Shown: positions 1 through 10,315 of the stretch, one piece after another | Layout: the number at the start of each line of letters is the position of its first letter | Position numbering within the stretch: position 1 is the stretch's first letter | DNA from: a phage | Direction: 5' to 3' (one strand) | DNA: 64,000 nucleotides | Assembly (NCBI GenBank): GCA_009015555.1 | Contig: GCA_009015555.1_3613.1 | Translations under genes and position numbers: made by a program | The notes under the pieces: generated by a model | What the model saw: only the letters and a program-made list of their open reading frames with translations | What the model was told of the DNA's origin: nothing | The model's database searches: none

Positions 1-702
1 TCACTGCTTGAACAGTTTGAACTTATCAAGGCCCGTAAGGACTTCGAAGAAGGTTGCCGTGACCTCGGCATCGACTTCGGTGATGATTCAACTGTAGTCA
101 AACCCGCCACTGAAGTCAAGCCTGTTGTGGAAACGCAAAAGTCTGTGACTCCTGTAGCGCCAACTGAAAGCTCCGCTGGAGCGACTATCAAACCCGACGA
201 GGAGATTCCCGTGGAGAAAGAAGTTGATGTAACCAAATCCCAGCAGTTCATTGACCTGATGAAGGCCAACGAAGCTCTGGTGGCGCAGATGAAATCTATG
301 GAAGGCACTCTTACCGCTGCCCAAGAGATCGTCAAGTCCCAAGCTGCTGCTAAACGTGCAATCGCCGTTGAGAAAGCCGCTGGCTTTAGCTTCGTAGCTG
401 CTGACCAGCGCGATGTTGTTGCTGACGTTATCGAAAACCCGGCGCAGGCTGTTCTGGTGGCTGTACTGGAAAAAGCTGCTGCTGATCTGAAAGCGAAAGA
501 CGAAGCTCTGGCTGCTAAAGATCTGGAGATCGAAGAAGTTAAAAAATCCTTCGCAAATGGCAAAGAAGTCGGTGCTGATGGCACTCTGACTGAAGTAGCC
601 AAAGGTTCCGAAGATGCACAGGCCCGCCTGGACCGTGTGATCAAAGAACGCGCTGCGGAACTGGCGAAAGCCGCTAAATCCGCTGAATTTATTAACGCCT
701 AA
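1..702 (+). CDS. head scaffolding protein, 5' partial (reading frame open from window edge)
   Basis: Frame of track ORF 127..702 has no stop back to nt 1; Ala/Lys/Glu-rich helical composition; lies immediately upstream of decoration-like and capsid-like genes. Confidence 0.5.
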   Translation, partial: SLLEQFELIKARKDFEEGCRDLGIDFGDDSTVVKPATEVKPVVETQKSVTPVAPTESSAGATIKPDEEIPVEKEVDVTKSQQFIDLMKANEALVAQMKSMEGTLTAAQEIVKSQAAAKRAIAVEKAAGFSFVAADQRDVVADVIENPAQAVLVAVLEKAAADLKAKDEALAAKDLEIEEVKKSFANGKEVGADGTLTEVAKGSEDAQARLDRVIKERAAELAKAAKSAEFINA

Positions 703-719
703 TCTGGAGAACCTGACAA

Positions 720-1169
720 ATGGCTAAAGCACACGTTGCTACTCTCGAAGGTAACTACTCTGACATCGTTCTGGGCCGTGTTGTCGCTTTCGGCGATACT
801 GGTTGGAACTTCAAAGAAGTGGACATGACCTTCATCGCATCTGATGCGGATGCAGATTCCAAAACTGCTCTGTTCGCTGGTATGCTGGTTGGCGAAGATG
901 GAACCCCTGCTACTGCGGCTGATGGCGTCTTCGGCGTTCTGGTTGACCGTAAGGTTCTGCCGGGCGTTGACCACTACATCGGCGTTTTCGAACCGGGCGA
1001 AAAAGTCCCTATGGTTCTCGCTGTTCGCGGCCTGACCCTGAACCAGTTGAAACTGAAGTATGCTGACGGCTCTGACATTGATGCTGCTGGCATTAAAGCT
1101 CTGGAAGCCCAAGGTAACCAGGTAACTGATAAGATTGTCGGCACCCAGTTCATCGGTTCCGTACTGTAA
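720..1169 (+). CDS. head decoration-like protein (position equivalent to lambda gpD)
   Basis: 149-aa ORF with RBS GGAGAA; located between scaffold and major capsid gene; call by gene order only. Confidence 0.4.
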   Translation: MAKAHVATLEGNYSDIVLGRVVAFGDTGWNFKEVDMTFIASDADADSKTALFAGMLVGEDGTPATAADGVFGVLVDRKVLPGVDHYIGVFEPGEKVPMVLAVRGLTLNQLKLKYADGSDIDAAGIKALEAQGNQVTDKIVGTQFIGSVL

Positions 1170-1188
1170 TTTAACAGGAGATATTTAA

Positions 1189-2187
1189 ATGCAAAACGGC
1201 GATTTCCAGATTCTCGACTACACTGGCCTGATCTCTACCATGCCACGTGTGGACACTCTGCTTCAGAGCATGAACCTGTTCACCGAACATTTCGGTCGTA
1301 CCACTGTTGCCCGTATCGAACGTCTGGATGACGGCGCTGGTGACATCAAGGCTGTTCAGCGTGGCGGTGTGCGTCAGCACCTGGCTAACGATCGTAAAAA
1401 GATCGTCAACCTGAACATCCCGTTCTTCCCTCTGGACCGTTCCATCGACCGTGCAGACATTCAGAACTTCCGTGAGTTCGGAACTGAGAATGCCCCTGCA
1501 ACTGTTGATGCGGAAGTTCAGCGTCACATGGCACGTATTCGTCGTAGCCACGCGATCCTGAAGTCCAAGGCCATGTATGCTGCCCTGAAGGGCACCTCTT
1601 GGTCTCCGGATGACCCGGTTTCTGACTACAACTACTACGAAGTTTGGGGCGCAACTCAGCAGACTGCTGACGTTGACTTCACCAAGCTGGGCGTAGACCC
1701 GATTGAAGTCCTGGAAGCTGAAGCACGTGCTCACATCATCGACTGGGCTGGCGACAACGGTGACAACTACGAGATCGTCGTTCTGGCGTCCCGTCAGTGG
1801 TTCTCCGCGCTGATCGCTCACCCGCAGGTGACTGGTGCGTACTCTCAGTACCCGTCAACTCAGGAAATGCTGCGTCGTCGTCTGGGCGGTAACGCTAACA
1901 ACCGTATCTTCGAGCACAAGAACATCCTGTTCATCGAAGACATTTCCGGGAACATCCCGGCGGGTGAAGCGTACATCTTCCCACGTGGTATCTCTCGTAT
2001 GTTCGAGATCTACTACGCGCCGAGCGACACCCTGCGTGACGCTAACCAGGTGGCTCAAGAACTGTACGTGTTCTTCAAAGAGTCCAACTACCTGCGTGAA
2101 GCGAAGATCGAGTCTGAGACTTCCTTCCTGACTGTGAACAACCGTCCTGAACTGGTTGTTAAGTCCACAGGTAAGTTCACTGCATAA
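1189..2187 (+). CDS. major capsid protein
   Basis: 332-aa ORF with RBS AGGAGA; follows scaffold and decoration-like genes; followed by hairpin plus T-tract. Confidence 0.55.
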   Translation: MQNGDFQILDYTGLISTMPRVDTLLQSMNLFTEHFGRTTVARIERLDDGAGDIKAVQRGGVRQHLANDRKKIVNLNIPFFPLDRSIDRADIQNFREFGTENAPATVDAEVQRHMARIRRSHAILKSKAMYAALKGTSWSPDDPVSDYNYYEVWGATQQTADVDFTKLGVDPIEVLEAEARAHIIDWAGDNGDNYEIVVLASRQWFSALIAHPQVTGAYSQYPSTQEMLRRRLGGNANNRIFEHKNILFIEDISGNIPAGEAYIFPRGISRMFEIYYAPSDTLRDANQVAQELYVFFKESNYLREAKIESETSFLTVNNRPELVVKSTGKFTA

Positions 2188-2193
2188 TTGGAA

Positions 2194-2219
2194 AAGGTCA
2201 CCCTCGGGTGGCCTTTTTT
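2194..2219 (+). terminator. rho-independent terminator after capsid gene
   Basis: GGTCACCC-TCG-GGTGGCC stem-loop followed by TTTTTTATT. Confidence 0.5.
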
Positions 2220-2307
2220 ATTGACTGCGGTATAACTGTACATTTTAAGCAAAATAGTGTACCATTGTAAGATAGGCTTTTGATTATCAACGAAGGAGTA
2301 TCCTATA

Positions 2308-2922
2308 ATGGCACAACCTCATCTGGAAGTGTTCCAGAGCGAATACCACATGCTCAAGTTCTTCGGTCAATACCTGCCGAAACTGGACGTTGACGCATCT
2401 GCCCGCCTGGCACCGTTCCTGTATTCCTATGACAACGAACTGGTGATGGGCCGAAACCTTTATGAGTTCCTGAACCAGATTGAAGCGATGACCGCACTGG
2501 GCATCAATACGATCGCATCTGTTCAGAAAGGTGCTGCATTCCTCGTCTTCTTCGACGAGACCCCTAAGTCTCCAGAGAAGTTCTTGGCTAACATCGGTGA
2601 GATCAAGGCGGCTCGCGCCAACGTGATCCCAGAAGATGTTGAGACCGAGGTGGAATCACCACTGTCCTCTCTGGTACAAACAACTGTAATTGATCCTACG
2701 CCGGAAGTCAAGGAAGAAGTGAAGGAAGAAGAAAAATCTGCTTCTGCCCGCACTGACGAACAAAAGGCAGAGATCCTCGCTCATGCAGAAACCCTGCGTG
2801 ACGACACCAAAAAAGCGGCTGCTAAGGCTGCGCTGGAATCCTACGCTTTGACTATGGAGATCTCTCTGAGCAAGGCTAAGACTTTTGACGCAATGTTGGA
2901 AGACCTGAAAGCTGCACTGTAA
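2308..2922 (+). CDS. hypothetical protein with acidic EVKEEVKEEEK linker
   Basis: 204-aa ORF with RBS GAAGGAG. Confidence 0.55.
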   Translation: MAQPHLEVFQSEYHMLKFFGQYLPKLDVDASARLAPFLYSYDNELVMGRNLYEFLNQIEAMTALGINTIASVQKGAAFLVFFDETPKSPEKFLANIGEIKAARANVIPEDVETEVESPLSSLVQTTVIDPTPEVKEEVKEEEKSASARTDEQKAEILAHAETLRDDTKKAAAKAALESYALTMEISLSKAKTFDAMLEDLKAAL

Positions 2923-2982
2923 TTCCCTCCGGCCCCCGTGCGGGGCCATCCTCCTCCAATCCCGCCTCCGGAGAAGCAAGTA

Positions 2983-5900
2983 ATGGCACAATATGAAGAT
3001 AAGGTCGTGGAAGTTCTGGTGACTCTCCCGGAACCGTCTGCGAGCACCTCTGGTGGTTCTGGTGCGCCTTTCACGGGCATCGAAACCCAAGACACCGTAT
3101 CCACCACACTGATTGGTGATGGTACTCAATCCTCCCCTCTGCAAGCAAACATCAACATCTCCCGTCGTTCAGGAAACCGCCTCCAAGTGGTGAGCACCTC
3201 CAGTGAGCAGGGTCTGTATGTTGCTGGCTCCGACACCAAGGTGTCTGCTAAGGATGGGAACACCGTAACTTACATCTCCGCCCAAGATGCGGCTAACGCT
3301 GGCAACCCGGCCCTGGAAGGTGTATACTCTGATCCGGTGAACGTGTCAACCACGTCACCGAAGAAGACTCTGGAAATTAAGGCTGATCCTACCGGGAAAG
3401 CCAAGACCCAAATCGACGTGATCGTTGATCCAGATTCCATGAACGCCCTGAAGGTAGGCACTGCTGGCCTGAGCGTTCCTGTTTCTGTGGCTCAAGACAA
3501 CACTCTGGAAATCCGCCAGGGTGCTCTGTACGTCCGCCCGCAAGAGACTAAAATCTCCCAAGACCCAAACAACAAGATTCAAGTCAAGTCTGACGGGATT
3601 TACGTTGACACTGTAAAAGGTGATAAAGGTGATACCGGGGCAACTGGCCCGGAAGGCCCTCAAGGCCCACAGGGAGACCCGGGTCCTCAAGGTCCGCAAG
3701 GCCCGCAGGGCGATAAGGGTGATAAAGGTGACACCGGGGACGTAGGACCAGCGGGGGCAACTGGCCCGGCAGGGGCACAGGGTGCTCGTGGCCCAGAAGG
3801 TCCGAAAGGCCCGGCTGGTATTGGTATCAACGTCATCGATCAGCTTGACGAAGTTTCTCAGCTTCCGGCTGTTGCGGAAATGGAACTGGGCGACACTTAC
3901 GTTATTGGACAGAATTTCTGGACCGTTGTCAACGAAAACAACGTGAAGCAGTGGAAGGACATCGGTAACTTCGCGGGGCCTGAAGGTCTGTCTGCTTATG
4001 AAGTTGCAGAAGGCGCGGGCTTCGTTGGTACTGTTGATGAGTGGCTGGAATCCCTGAAAGGGGCTGACGGTATCGGTCTGCAAATTCTTGGTTCCTTCCC
4101 TGACCCGTCCTATCTGCCTGATGAAGGTAACAAGCCGGGTGACTGCTACATCATCCAAGACATGATGTATGTGTGGACAGGTGATGAAGATGGGTGGCAG
4201 ACTGTAGGTCAGATTGGCCCAGAGGGTAAATCTGCGTATCAGGTATGGCTGGCTAACGGTCACACCGGATCTCAGGTTGACTTTCTGAACTCCCTGGTTG
4301 GCCCACAAGGACCGAAAGGTGATAAAGGCGACAAAGGTGATACGGGTGCTGACGGTACTAACGCCAACGCCATCAACCTCTTGGGTAAAGTCGCAGACGA
4401 AGCGAGCCTCCCGGCTGGCGCGGATGCAGGCGATGCCTACCTGATCGGAACTAGCGTTTGGGTCTCCACTGGCAATGACAACTGGGAAAACCTCGGTGCC
4501 TTCCAAGGCCCTAAAGGTGATCAGGGGGATGTCGGCCCTGCTGGCCCGAAAGGCGACAAGGGGGACGCAGGTGACGTAGGCAAAGACAACTACGCATTGG
4601 CGGTAGAGAACGGGTTCCAAGGTTCCCTGAGCGACTACCTGGCATCTCTCAAAGGTGCGAAGGGCGACACTGGCCCGACTGGTCCGCGTGGTCTTACTGG
4701 TCCGCAGGGTGTGAAAGGTGACGCAGGGGAAGGTCTTGCGATCCTCGGATCAAAAGCTGATCCTTCAGAACTACCTTCCAATCCAGTAACTGGTGATGCG
4801 TGGCTGATCGGAGAAGACCTGTACATCTTCAACGGCACTGCTTGGGAGAATGCAGGCCCTGTCCGTGGTCCGAAAGGTGACACCGGAGCCACTGGCCCGG
4901 CTGGAGCTAAGGGTGACAAGGGTGACCAAGGCGAGAAAGGCGACAAGGGTGACCAAGGTGATGTCGGCCCGGCTGGCCCGGAAGGTCCGCAGGGGACTGG
5001 TCTGACGCCGAAAGGTTCTGTTCCTACAGTAGCAGATCTTCCTGACCAAGACAACACCAAAGGCGACTTCTGGGCTGTAGAGGAAGATGGCAATGGTTAC
5101 GCTTGGGATGGGTTGCAGTGGGTTGTTACTGGCCTGACTCGCGGCCCGCAAGGCGAGAAAGGCGACAAGGGCGACAAAGGGGATAAAGGTGATCCGGGGG
5201 ATACTGGTGCCACAGGCGCAGGTGTTATTCCGAAGGGAACTGTAACCTCTGCTGCGACCCTGCCTCCTACCGGGAACACCGTCGGTGATTACTACGTCAC
5301 TGAGGATACTGGGACCGGATACTCTTGGAACGGGACAACCTGGGTTGACTTGGGAGTTGTGCGTGGACCGCAAGGACCGCAGGGCGACAAAGGTGATACC
5401 GGAGACCAAGGTCCGCAAGGTGTGAAAGGTGACACTGGTGCTACAGGCCCTCAAGGCCCGCAAGGTGACATCGGCCCGGGCGTTGAGATCATGGGTAAAC
5501 TCAACAGCACCTCAGAACTGCCTTCAACCGGGCAACTGGGTCAGGGTTACCTGATTGACGGCGACTTCTGGGGATGGACTGGCTCTGCCTACGAAAACCT
5601 TGGACGTATCCAAGGCCCGGTTGGTCCTACTGGTCCTACTGGTGACCCAGGCCCTACGGGTCCGCAGGGTGTCAAGGGTGATAAGGGTGATCAAGGTTCC
5701 TTGTGGATCGTGTTCGACCATGACCCGGGTCCTGCTGATGGTCGTGTAGGTGACTACTTCCTTAACTCCTCAACGTTGCAGTTCTTCCGCAAGACGAACG
5801 CAACCACTTGGGCACCGATGGGTTACATGGGTGGCGGTAACGTTTACGATTCCCCGAAAGACGGCAAGCAGTACGCTCGTATCGACGGGGATTGGGAACT

Positions 5901-6264
5901 GGTCGAAGTTCTGGAAGCGCCTCAAGACAACGGCTACTACGTCCGTGCGAACGGTGCGTGGCAGAAACTGGATCGCTACGACCTGCGTGTCATGTCCGCA
6001 ACTGGCGCACTGGATGCTTCTGTATCCAACGTGTTCACCGTTGACGGAACCACGTCTAAGGCAATCACCATCTCCAACCTGCCAGCGGGTCGTGCGATGA
6101 CTGTGGTTGTTAAGTTCCTCGGTAAAGGTGGGTCCATGACTTGGCCTTCTCCGATGGCATGGTCTAACGGCACCCAGCCAGCACTTGGTACTACCCGTAC
6201 CATCCTGACGTTCTTCTGGGACGGCACGGACCTGACTGGTGTTCAGGCAATGACTGTAGACTAA
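2983..6264 (+). CDS. collagen-like fibre protein (multiple G-X-Y triple-helix blocks alternating with about 45-aa fibre repeats, C-terminal globular domain)
   Basis: Start moved to ATG at 2983 (RBS GGAG; N-terminus [11 protein letters not shown] resembles sheath-like gene at 11084); many [19 protein letters not shown]-type repeats; repeated LP..GD.Y/W..G..W....W.N.G modules. Confidence 0.8.
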   Translation: MAQYEDKVVEVLVTLPEPSASTSGGSGAPFTGIETQDTVSTTLIGDGTQSSPLQANINISRRSGNRLQVVSTSSEQGLYVAGSDTKVSAKDGNTVTYISAQDAANAGNPALEGVYSDPVNVSTTSPKKTLEIKADPTGKAKTQIDVIVDPDSMNALKVGTAGLSVPVSVAQDNTLEIRQGALYVRPQETKISQDPNNKIQVKSDGIYVDTVKGDKGDTGATGPEGPQGPQGDPGPQGPQGPQGDKGDKGDTGDVGPAGATGPAGAQGARGPEGPKGPAGIGINVIDQLDEVSQLPAVAEMELGDTYVIGQNFWTVVNENNVKQWKDIGNFAGPEGLSAYEVAEGAGFVGTVDEWLESLKGADGIGLQILGSFPDPSYLPDEGNKPGDCYIIQDMMYVWTGDEDGWQTVGQIGPEGKSAYQVWLANGHTGSQVDFLNSLVGPQGPKGDKGDKGDTGADGTNANAINLLGKVADEASLPAGADAGDAYLIGTSVWVSTGNDNWENLGAFQGPKGDQGDVGPAGPKGDKGDAGDVGKDNYALAVENGFQGSLSDYLASLKGAKGDTGPTGPRGLTGPQGVKGDAGEGLAILGSKADPSELPSNPVTGDAWLIGEDLYIFNGTAWENAGPVRGPKGDTGATGPAGAKGDKGDQGEKGDKGDQGDVGPAGPEGPQGTGLTPKGSVPTVADLPDQDNTKGDFWAVEEDGNGYAWDGLQWVVTGLTRGPQGEKGDKGDKGDKGDPGDTGATGAGVIPKGTVTSAATLPPTGNTVGDYYVTEDTGTGYSWNGTTWVDLGVVRGPQGPQGDKGDTGDQGPQGVKGDTGATGPQGPQGDIGPGVEIMGKLNSTSELPSTGQLGQGYLIDGDFWGWTGSAYENLGRIQGPVGPTGPTGDPGPTGPQGVKGDKGDQGSLWIVFDHDPGPADGRVGDYFLNSSTLQFFRKTNATTWAPMGYMGGGNVYDSPKDGKQYARIDGDWELVEVLEAPQDNGYYVRANGAWQKLDRYDLRVMSATGALDASVSNVFTVDGTTSKAITISNLPAGRAMTVVVKFLGKGGSMTWPSPMAWSNGTQPALGTTRTILTFFWDGTDLTGVQAMTVD
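3604..5700 (+). repeat. tandem collagen G-X-Y coding repeats (ggtgataaaggtgacaccgg-type units)
   Basis: Repeated GGT GAY AAR GGY GAY ACY GG and CCN CAR GGN units visible across the gene. Confidence 0.7.
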
Positions 6265-6270
6265 TACCCC

Positions 6271-6290
6271 AAGGGGGCTTCGGCCCCCTT
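6271..6290 (+). promoter_or_regulatory. GC hairpin with UUCG tetraloop (AAGGGGGC-UUCG-GCCCCCUU), no U-tract
   Basis: Perfect 8-bp stem immediately after collagen gene stop; followed by RBS of next gene rather than a T-run. Confidence 0.4.
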
Positions 6291-6305
6291 CACAAGGAGA
6301 TTCAA

Positions 6306-6956
6306 ATGGCTGTAGATCCTACCAGCAAGGTTTATGCTTGGACACCGATGATTCGTTTGTCCGACATGAAATATCCTGTCTATCTTAGCGACTTCCTCAA
6401 AGAACATACTAACGTAAGTATTGGTTCTTACGTTTGGGAAAAGGACATGCGAGACCTGTGGGGTTATTGCATGGTTCATGATTCTGAAGTTCCTATTGGT
6501 GATGTGGTCACCGAAGGAAAACCGGAACTAAACGAAGAAGATGACCTGTGGTACAAGACTTGGGTTGCTCGTGATTTCTCCCCAGAAGAGATCGCAGAGA
6601 ACTTGGCCCGCGCCAAGGAAGATTATCGTACCCGTGCGTATCAGCAATATACCTCTGACCTTCAGTCGGGTGTGGCTGTTGACGGCGACGTTTTCTCTGT
6701 TGAACCACGAGAACTCCTGAACCTTGAACTGTCCAAAGCGTTTGCGTTTGCAAACTCTGAATCGGATGTTCTGATTCGCAAAGCTGATTACACAGTTTTG
6801 ACTCTACCGTCTGCGGATGCTGTTGTCAAGATTGATGAAATCCTGGCTGCAACTGCCAAGGTCCACCAGAACCTGTTGGCATACGTAAAAACTGTGTATG
6901 ACACCGAAGTCATCACAGACATCCCTGAAGTTCCTCAAACTTTCGTAGGAGAATAA
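6306..6956 (+). CDS. hypothetical protein (possible fibre assembly factor, by position)
   Basis: 216-aa ORF with RBS AAGGAGA; between two collagen-like genes. Confidence 0.55.
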   Translation: MAVDPTSKVYAWTPMIRLSDMKYPVYLSDFLKEHTNVSIGSYVWEKDMRDLWGYCMVHDSEVPIGDVVTEGKPELNEEDDLWYKTWVARDFSPEEIAENLARAKEDYRTRAYQQYTSDLQSGVAVDGDVFSVEPRELLNLELSKAFAFANSESDVLIRKADYTVLTLPSADAVVKIDEILAATAKVHQNLLAYVKTVYDTEVITDIPEVPQTFVGE

Positions 6957-6957
6957 C

Positions 6958-7269
6958 ATGGCAGCAATTGGCGGAGCATCCCTTGGTGTCCTGACTGGTT
7001 ACCAGATCATGGACCAAGCAACAGGAGAGAGCAAGACCATCTCTGAACTTTTTGCAGGTGGTGGCGGTACTCCCGGCCCGAAAGGTGACAAAGGTGATAC
7101 GGGAGACACTGGACCAGCAGGTCCAGCAGGCCCGGCGGGGGCAGCAGGTGCAGACGGTGTTGGAATCGCTGACATCGCAGCGGCTCGCTCAGGCGATACT
7201 GTAACTCTAACCTTCACCATGTCTGACTCTACAACGAAGACTGCATCTTTCGACCTTCCAGCCGCATAA
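6958..7269 (+). CDS. small collagen-like protein
   Basis: 103 aa; [34 protein letters not shown] block; RBS GGAGAA. Confidence 0.65.
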   Translation: MAAIGGASLGVLTGYQIMDQATGESKTISELFAGGGGTPGPKGDKGDTGDTGPAGPAGPAGAAGADGVGIADIAAARSGDTVTLTFTMSDSTTKTASFDLPAA

Positions 7270-7274
7270 TTAAT

Positions 7275-7296
7275 CCGCCCTTAGGGGCGGTTTTTG
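7275..7296 (+). terminator. rho-independent terminator
   Basis: CCGCCC-TTAG-GGGCGG stem followed by TTTTT. Confidence 0.55.
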
Positions 7297-7312
7297 TACA
7301 TAAGGAGACTGT

Positions 7313-8683
7313 ATGGGAACAATGAGGGGTATCACAGGGGAGCAGAACGGTGTATACTTCGGGTATGCACTTTACGATCTCGTTAACGAAAAACTTATCC
7401 CCTTTGACCAAATTGGCGAGGGGGGATCTTCTGTACCCGGCCCACAGGGTCCTCAAGGGGAGAAGGGGGATAAGGGAGACCCCGGTCCTCAAGGACCTCA
7501 AGGTGTCCAAGGAGAGCCGGGCAATCCTGGTGAACCAGGCCCTCAAGGGGAACAAGGCCCTCAGGGCGAGGCAGGGGAAATTGGTCCTCAAGGACCTCAG
7601 GGACCAGTAGGACCAACAGGCCCTCAGGGCGAGAAAGGGGAGAGGGGTGAACCAGGCCCTCAAGGTCCTGAAGGCCCTGCTGGCCCGCAAGGGGAACAGG
7701 GACCCGCCGGGGCAACAGGCCCCGTTGGACCTTCCGGTGCGACAGGTCTTGTATGGAGAGGGAACTATGATGATTCAGTCTCCTACGACGTTAACGATGC
7801 AGTTGGGTATCAGGGTGCCACATATTTCTCTACTCAGCCATCCACAGGTATCCCACCGGAATCTACTGGTACAAGGGTTAACGACCACTGGGCACTAATG
7901 GCCTCAGAAGGTGCGCCGGGACCAGTAGGTCCAGCAGGACCAACAGGCCCGCAGGGTTTGCAAGGACCAGTAGGACCCGCAGGGCCTTCCGGTGCGACAG
8001 GTCCTGCCGGACCCGCCGGACCACAAGGAGAGCAAGGCCCTCAAGGGCTACAAGGACCACAAGGTCAGCGAGGTATTCAAGGTGTTCCGGGTGAAAAAGG
8101 GGAAAAGGGAGATCAAGGACCAGTAGGTCCGGCAGGCCCTGCTGGCCCGCAAGGGGAACAGGGACCTCAGGGGGAGACTGGCCCTAAGGGAGATAAGGGT
8201 GACAATGCCCTCCCGACCATTTCTGGGATTTATGCCTCCCCGATCAACAAAACGAACTCTTGGATTCAACTCCCCGGTAACAACTTGGGGAATGTTCGTC
8301 TTATTCTCTCTGCAAACAACAATGTCTCTCAGACCCGAGTTGGTTTCTCCGCAGGAACTTCGTCAGTGGCGAAGAGGATCGGATTCTCTTATGCACTAAC
8401 AACAACTTACACGGACGTAAATCGTATTAAGACCGGGAGAACCGGCCCCACCTCGATCTCAAATACAGTAGTTTATCCGTCGGACTCTACTATCAACGTG
8501 GGGTTCGGCGACAAGGTAGTCCTTGTTGTTTTTTGCCACGACACCCTTGAAGCATGGGAAGTGACAGTGGCAGGGGTTGCCCAAAAAACTGCTGTGGGCG
8601 ACACAAGTGGGCGTTTGGCTGTACATGCAGTACAGATCTCCGGGGACAGTACGTTACTCACAGGTAATGTCTACAACCCATAA
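7313..8683 (+). CDS. collagen-like protein (two long G-X-Y regions, C-terminal globular domain)
   Basis: 456 aa; RBS AAGGAG; long [19 protein letters not shown] repeats. Confidence 0.75.
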   Translation: MGTMRGITGEQNGVYFGYALYDLVNEKLIPFDQIGEGGSSVPGPQGPQGEKGDKGDPGPQGPQGVQGEPGNPGEPGPQGEQGPQGEAGEIGPQGPQGPVGPTGPQGEKGERGEPGPQGPEGPAGPQGEQGPAGATGPVGPSGATGLVWRGNYDDSVSYDVNDAVGYQGATYFSTQPSTGIPPESTGTRVNDHWALMASEGAPGPVGPAGPTGPQGLQGPVGPAGPSGATGPAGPAGPQGEQGPQGLQGPQGQRGIQGVPGEKGEKGDQGPVGPAGPAGPQGEQGPQGETGPKGDKGDNALPTISGIYASPINKTNSWIQLPGNNLGNVRLILSANNNVSQTRVGFSAGTSSVAKRIGFSYALTTTYTDVNRIKTGRTGPTSISNTVVYPSDSTINVGFGDKVVLVVFCHDTLEAWEVTVAGVAQKTAVGDTSGRLAVHAVQISGDSTLLTGNVYNP

Positions 8684-8717
8684 TGGCTGGCTTGTGATCA
8701 TTCCCATCCCATAATTA

Positions 8718-8746
8718 AAAGCCGCCTCCGGGCGGCTTTCTTTTTA
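8718..8746 (+). terminator. rho-independent terminator
   Basis: AAAGCCGCC-TCC-GGCGGCTTT stem followed by CTTTTT. Confidence 0.55.
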
Positions 8747-8773
8747 CCTGTCAATGACTTTTTGTGACCAACA

Positions 8774-8782
8774 TGATAAAAT
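8774..8782 (+). promoter_or_regulatory. candidate extended -10 promoter (TGaTAAAAT)
   Basis: TGnTAAAAT motif downstream of a terminator and upstream of next gene; same motif recurs at 9374, 16358, 19961, 42803-42814 (minus) and 59785-59796 (minus). Confidence 0.3.
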
Positions 8783-8812
8783 GGTTGCACTGGCTAAAGC
8801 ATGGAGACTATT

Positions 8813-9340
8813 ATGACCAACGAACAAGTAATTGAGCTTGTCCGTGTCCTCCTTGGTGGGATCACCACTGAGGAAATTTCGGACCAGACGATCATCTTCT
8901 TCTGGACCAAGTGGAAGCTGACGTATGATTTGGATAACCACCCGGAGAAAATTCCGGTGGCCCTGTACAACACCGTTGTTGACTGTGTGCGTTGGTTGAT
9001 CGTACAAGAAGTCTCCAGCGGAAATTCATCAATTCGTGAGAGATTTGAAAAGATCGGTGATGAGACTATCTCCATCAAGGGCGGATCAAGCTGGCAATCC
9101 TGGAAAGACTTCCTTGACTGGCTAGAACTCAACCCGGACTACATTGATCCATCTCTGGCGTTCAATTCCTCACTGGTAATCATCGGCGGTGTGCGTAAAG
9201 ATGAGTTCTTCCGTGTGAAGAATAACCCTAACTCCTACAACGGCTTCATGGAGCAAGGTGTCTACCCTACCCCAGCGATCCCGAAGCAATCCTCGTGGCC
9301 TTGTGACCGTGTTCGGCGCAGTCCGTGGATGGTCCGCTAA
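8813..9340 (+). CDS. hypothetical head-tail joining protein
   Basis: Track ORF 8801..9340; second ATG at 8813 has GGAG spacing; gene order after head and fibre genes. Confidence 0.45.
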   Translation: MTNEQVIELVRVLLGGITTEEISDQTIIFFWTKWKLTYDLDNHPEKIPVALYNTVVDCVRWLIVQEVSSGNSSIRERFEKIGDETISIKGGSSWQSWKDFLDWLELNPDYIDPSLAFNSSLVIIGGVRKDEFFRVKNNPNSYNGFMEQGVYPTPAIPKQSSWPCDRVRRSPWMVR

Positions 9341-9373
9341 AGCGTTGACTTTGTTGCTTTTGCTGACCTATTG

Positions 9374-9382
9374 TGGTAAAAT
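9374..9382 (+). promoter_or_regulatory. candidate extended -10 promoter (within TTGTGGTAAAAT)
   Basis: Exact 12-mer TTGTGGTAAAAT at 9371-9382, also present twice on minus strand. Confidence 0.3.
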
Positions 9383-9402
9383 AACTTTCATGGGGAAATA
9401 CC

Positions 9403-9864
9403 GTGGCAAAGAAGTCATATACTGACATCTCTGAACTGAAGCGGTATTTCAGCCAACTCTCTGATTTAGCTGAGAAAGAAGTGGAGTACGGTTTTTACGA
9501 CGAGAAACACTATTCTGGGCTGAATATGGCGACTCTTGCCGCCATCCATGAAGAAGGCTGGAATAACCTTCCTGAGCGCAACTTCATGTTCTCAACCTCC
9601 ATGCACTTCCAAGAAGGTCTCCGGAAACATATTAAACGTATGCACAACGGGATCATTCAGGGCCGGGGCTTCTCAAGCTACCTGACCAAAATCGGGAAGG
9701 ATGCAGCCGACAGTATTCGCTTCACGATCTCCACGGGTTCATTCAGTAATCCAAAGGTATCAAAAGACTGGGCGAGTTACAAGGGGTTTGATGACGCAAT
9801 GATTCATTACGGTGACTTGTCGAGTGCGGCAACGTACAAAATCGTCAAGTACCAAGGGAAATAA
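9403..9864 (+). CDS. hypothetical virion protein
   Basis: 153-aa ORF, GTG start preceded by GGGGAA. Confidence 0.5.
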   Translation: MAKKSYTDISELKRYFSQLSDLAEKEVEYGFYDEKHYSGLNMATLAAIHEEGWNNLPERNFMFSTSMHFQEGLRKHIKRMHNGIIQGRGFSSYLTKIGKDAADSIRFTISTGSFSNPKVSKDWASYKGFDDAMIHYGDLSSAATYKIVKYQGK

Positions 9865-9874
9865 GGGGTGACCG

Positions 9875-10315
9875 ATGGCACGGGCTTATTCGTTGCTCTC
9901 AAGCAGAAACAGACTAATCCCTCGTGTCGAAGTGCAATGTCGGAAGCGTGAGTGGGTAAAGACAGACCCTGATAGCCCGTTTCTGAACGGCGGGCGGGAA
10001 GTGTTGTACACCCCGTTTACTGCCGTGGAATGCACTATTCAACCGATGCGTGGGAAAGCCATCCGTGACCAGAACAACCAGTTGATGATCGGCGGCGAGG
10101 AGGATTATGACTCCTACACCGTTTACTCTGAAACTCTGCTGTTCCGAGCGCGAGAGGGCACAGAACACCTTTCCGATCAGATGTTGCTGCCGGATTCCGG
10201 CGGCGGTCAGACATGGTTCACAGTGATGAAGGCGGACATGTATCCCTCTTCTGGTGTGCCTCGCTACCGCTACTACCTGATCGCTGTCCCTGTAGGGACT
10301 GAGGGAGGACTCTAA
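9875..10315 (+). CDS. hypothetical virion protein
   Basis: 146-aa ORF with RBS AAGGGGTGA. Confidence 0.5.
   Translation: MARAYSLLSSRNRLIPRVEVQCRKREWVKTDPDSPFLNGGREVLYTPFTAVECTIQPMRGKAIRDQNNQLMIGGEEDYDSYTVYSETLLFRAREGTEHLSDQMLLPDSGGGQTWFTVMKADMYPSSGVPRYRYYLIAVPVGTEGGL

Noticed and set aside
2938-2982. Upstream ATG of the collagen gene giving Pro-rich leader [15 protein letters not shown]
   Set aside because: The downstream ATG at 2983 has a proper RBS and yields the N-terminus conserved with the sheath-like gene.
3355-5463. Long minus-strand ORFs (3355..4620, 4635..5093, 4771..5463) antisense to the collagen fibre gene
   Set aside because: Artefacts of the GC-rich G-X-Y repeat, which is open in several frames; Arg/Pro/Ser-rich translations, no RBS, fully inside a well-supported plus-strand gene.
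6271-6290. Hairpin after collagen gene as a rho-independent terminator
   Set aside because: No U-tract follows; kept as a regulatory hairpin, not a terminator.
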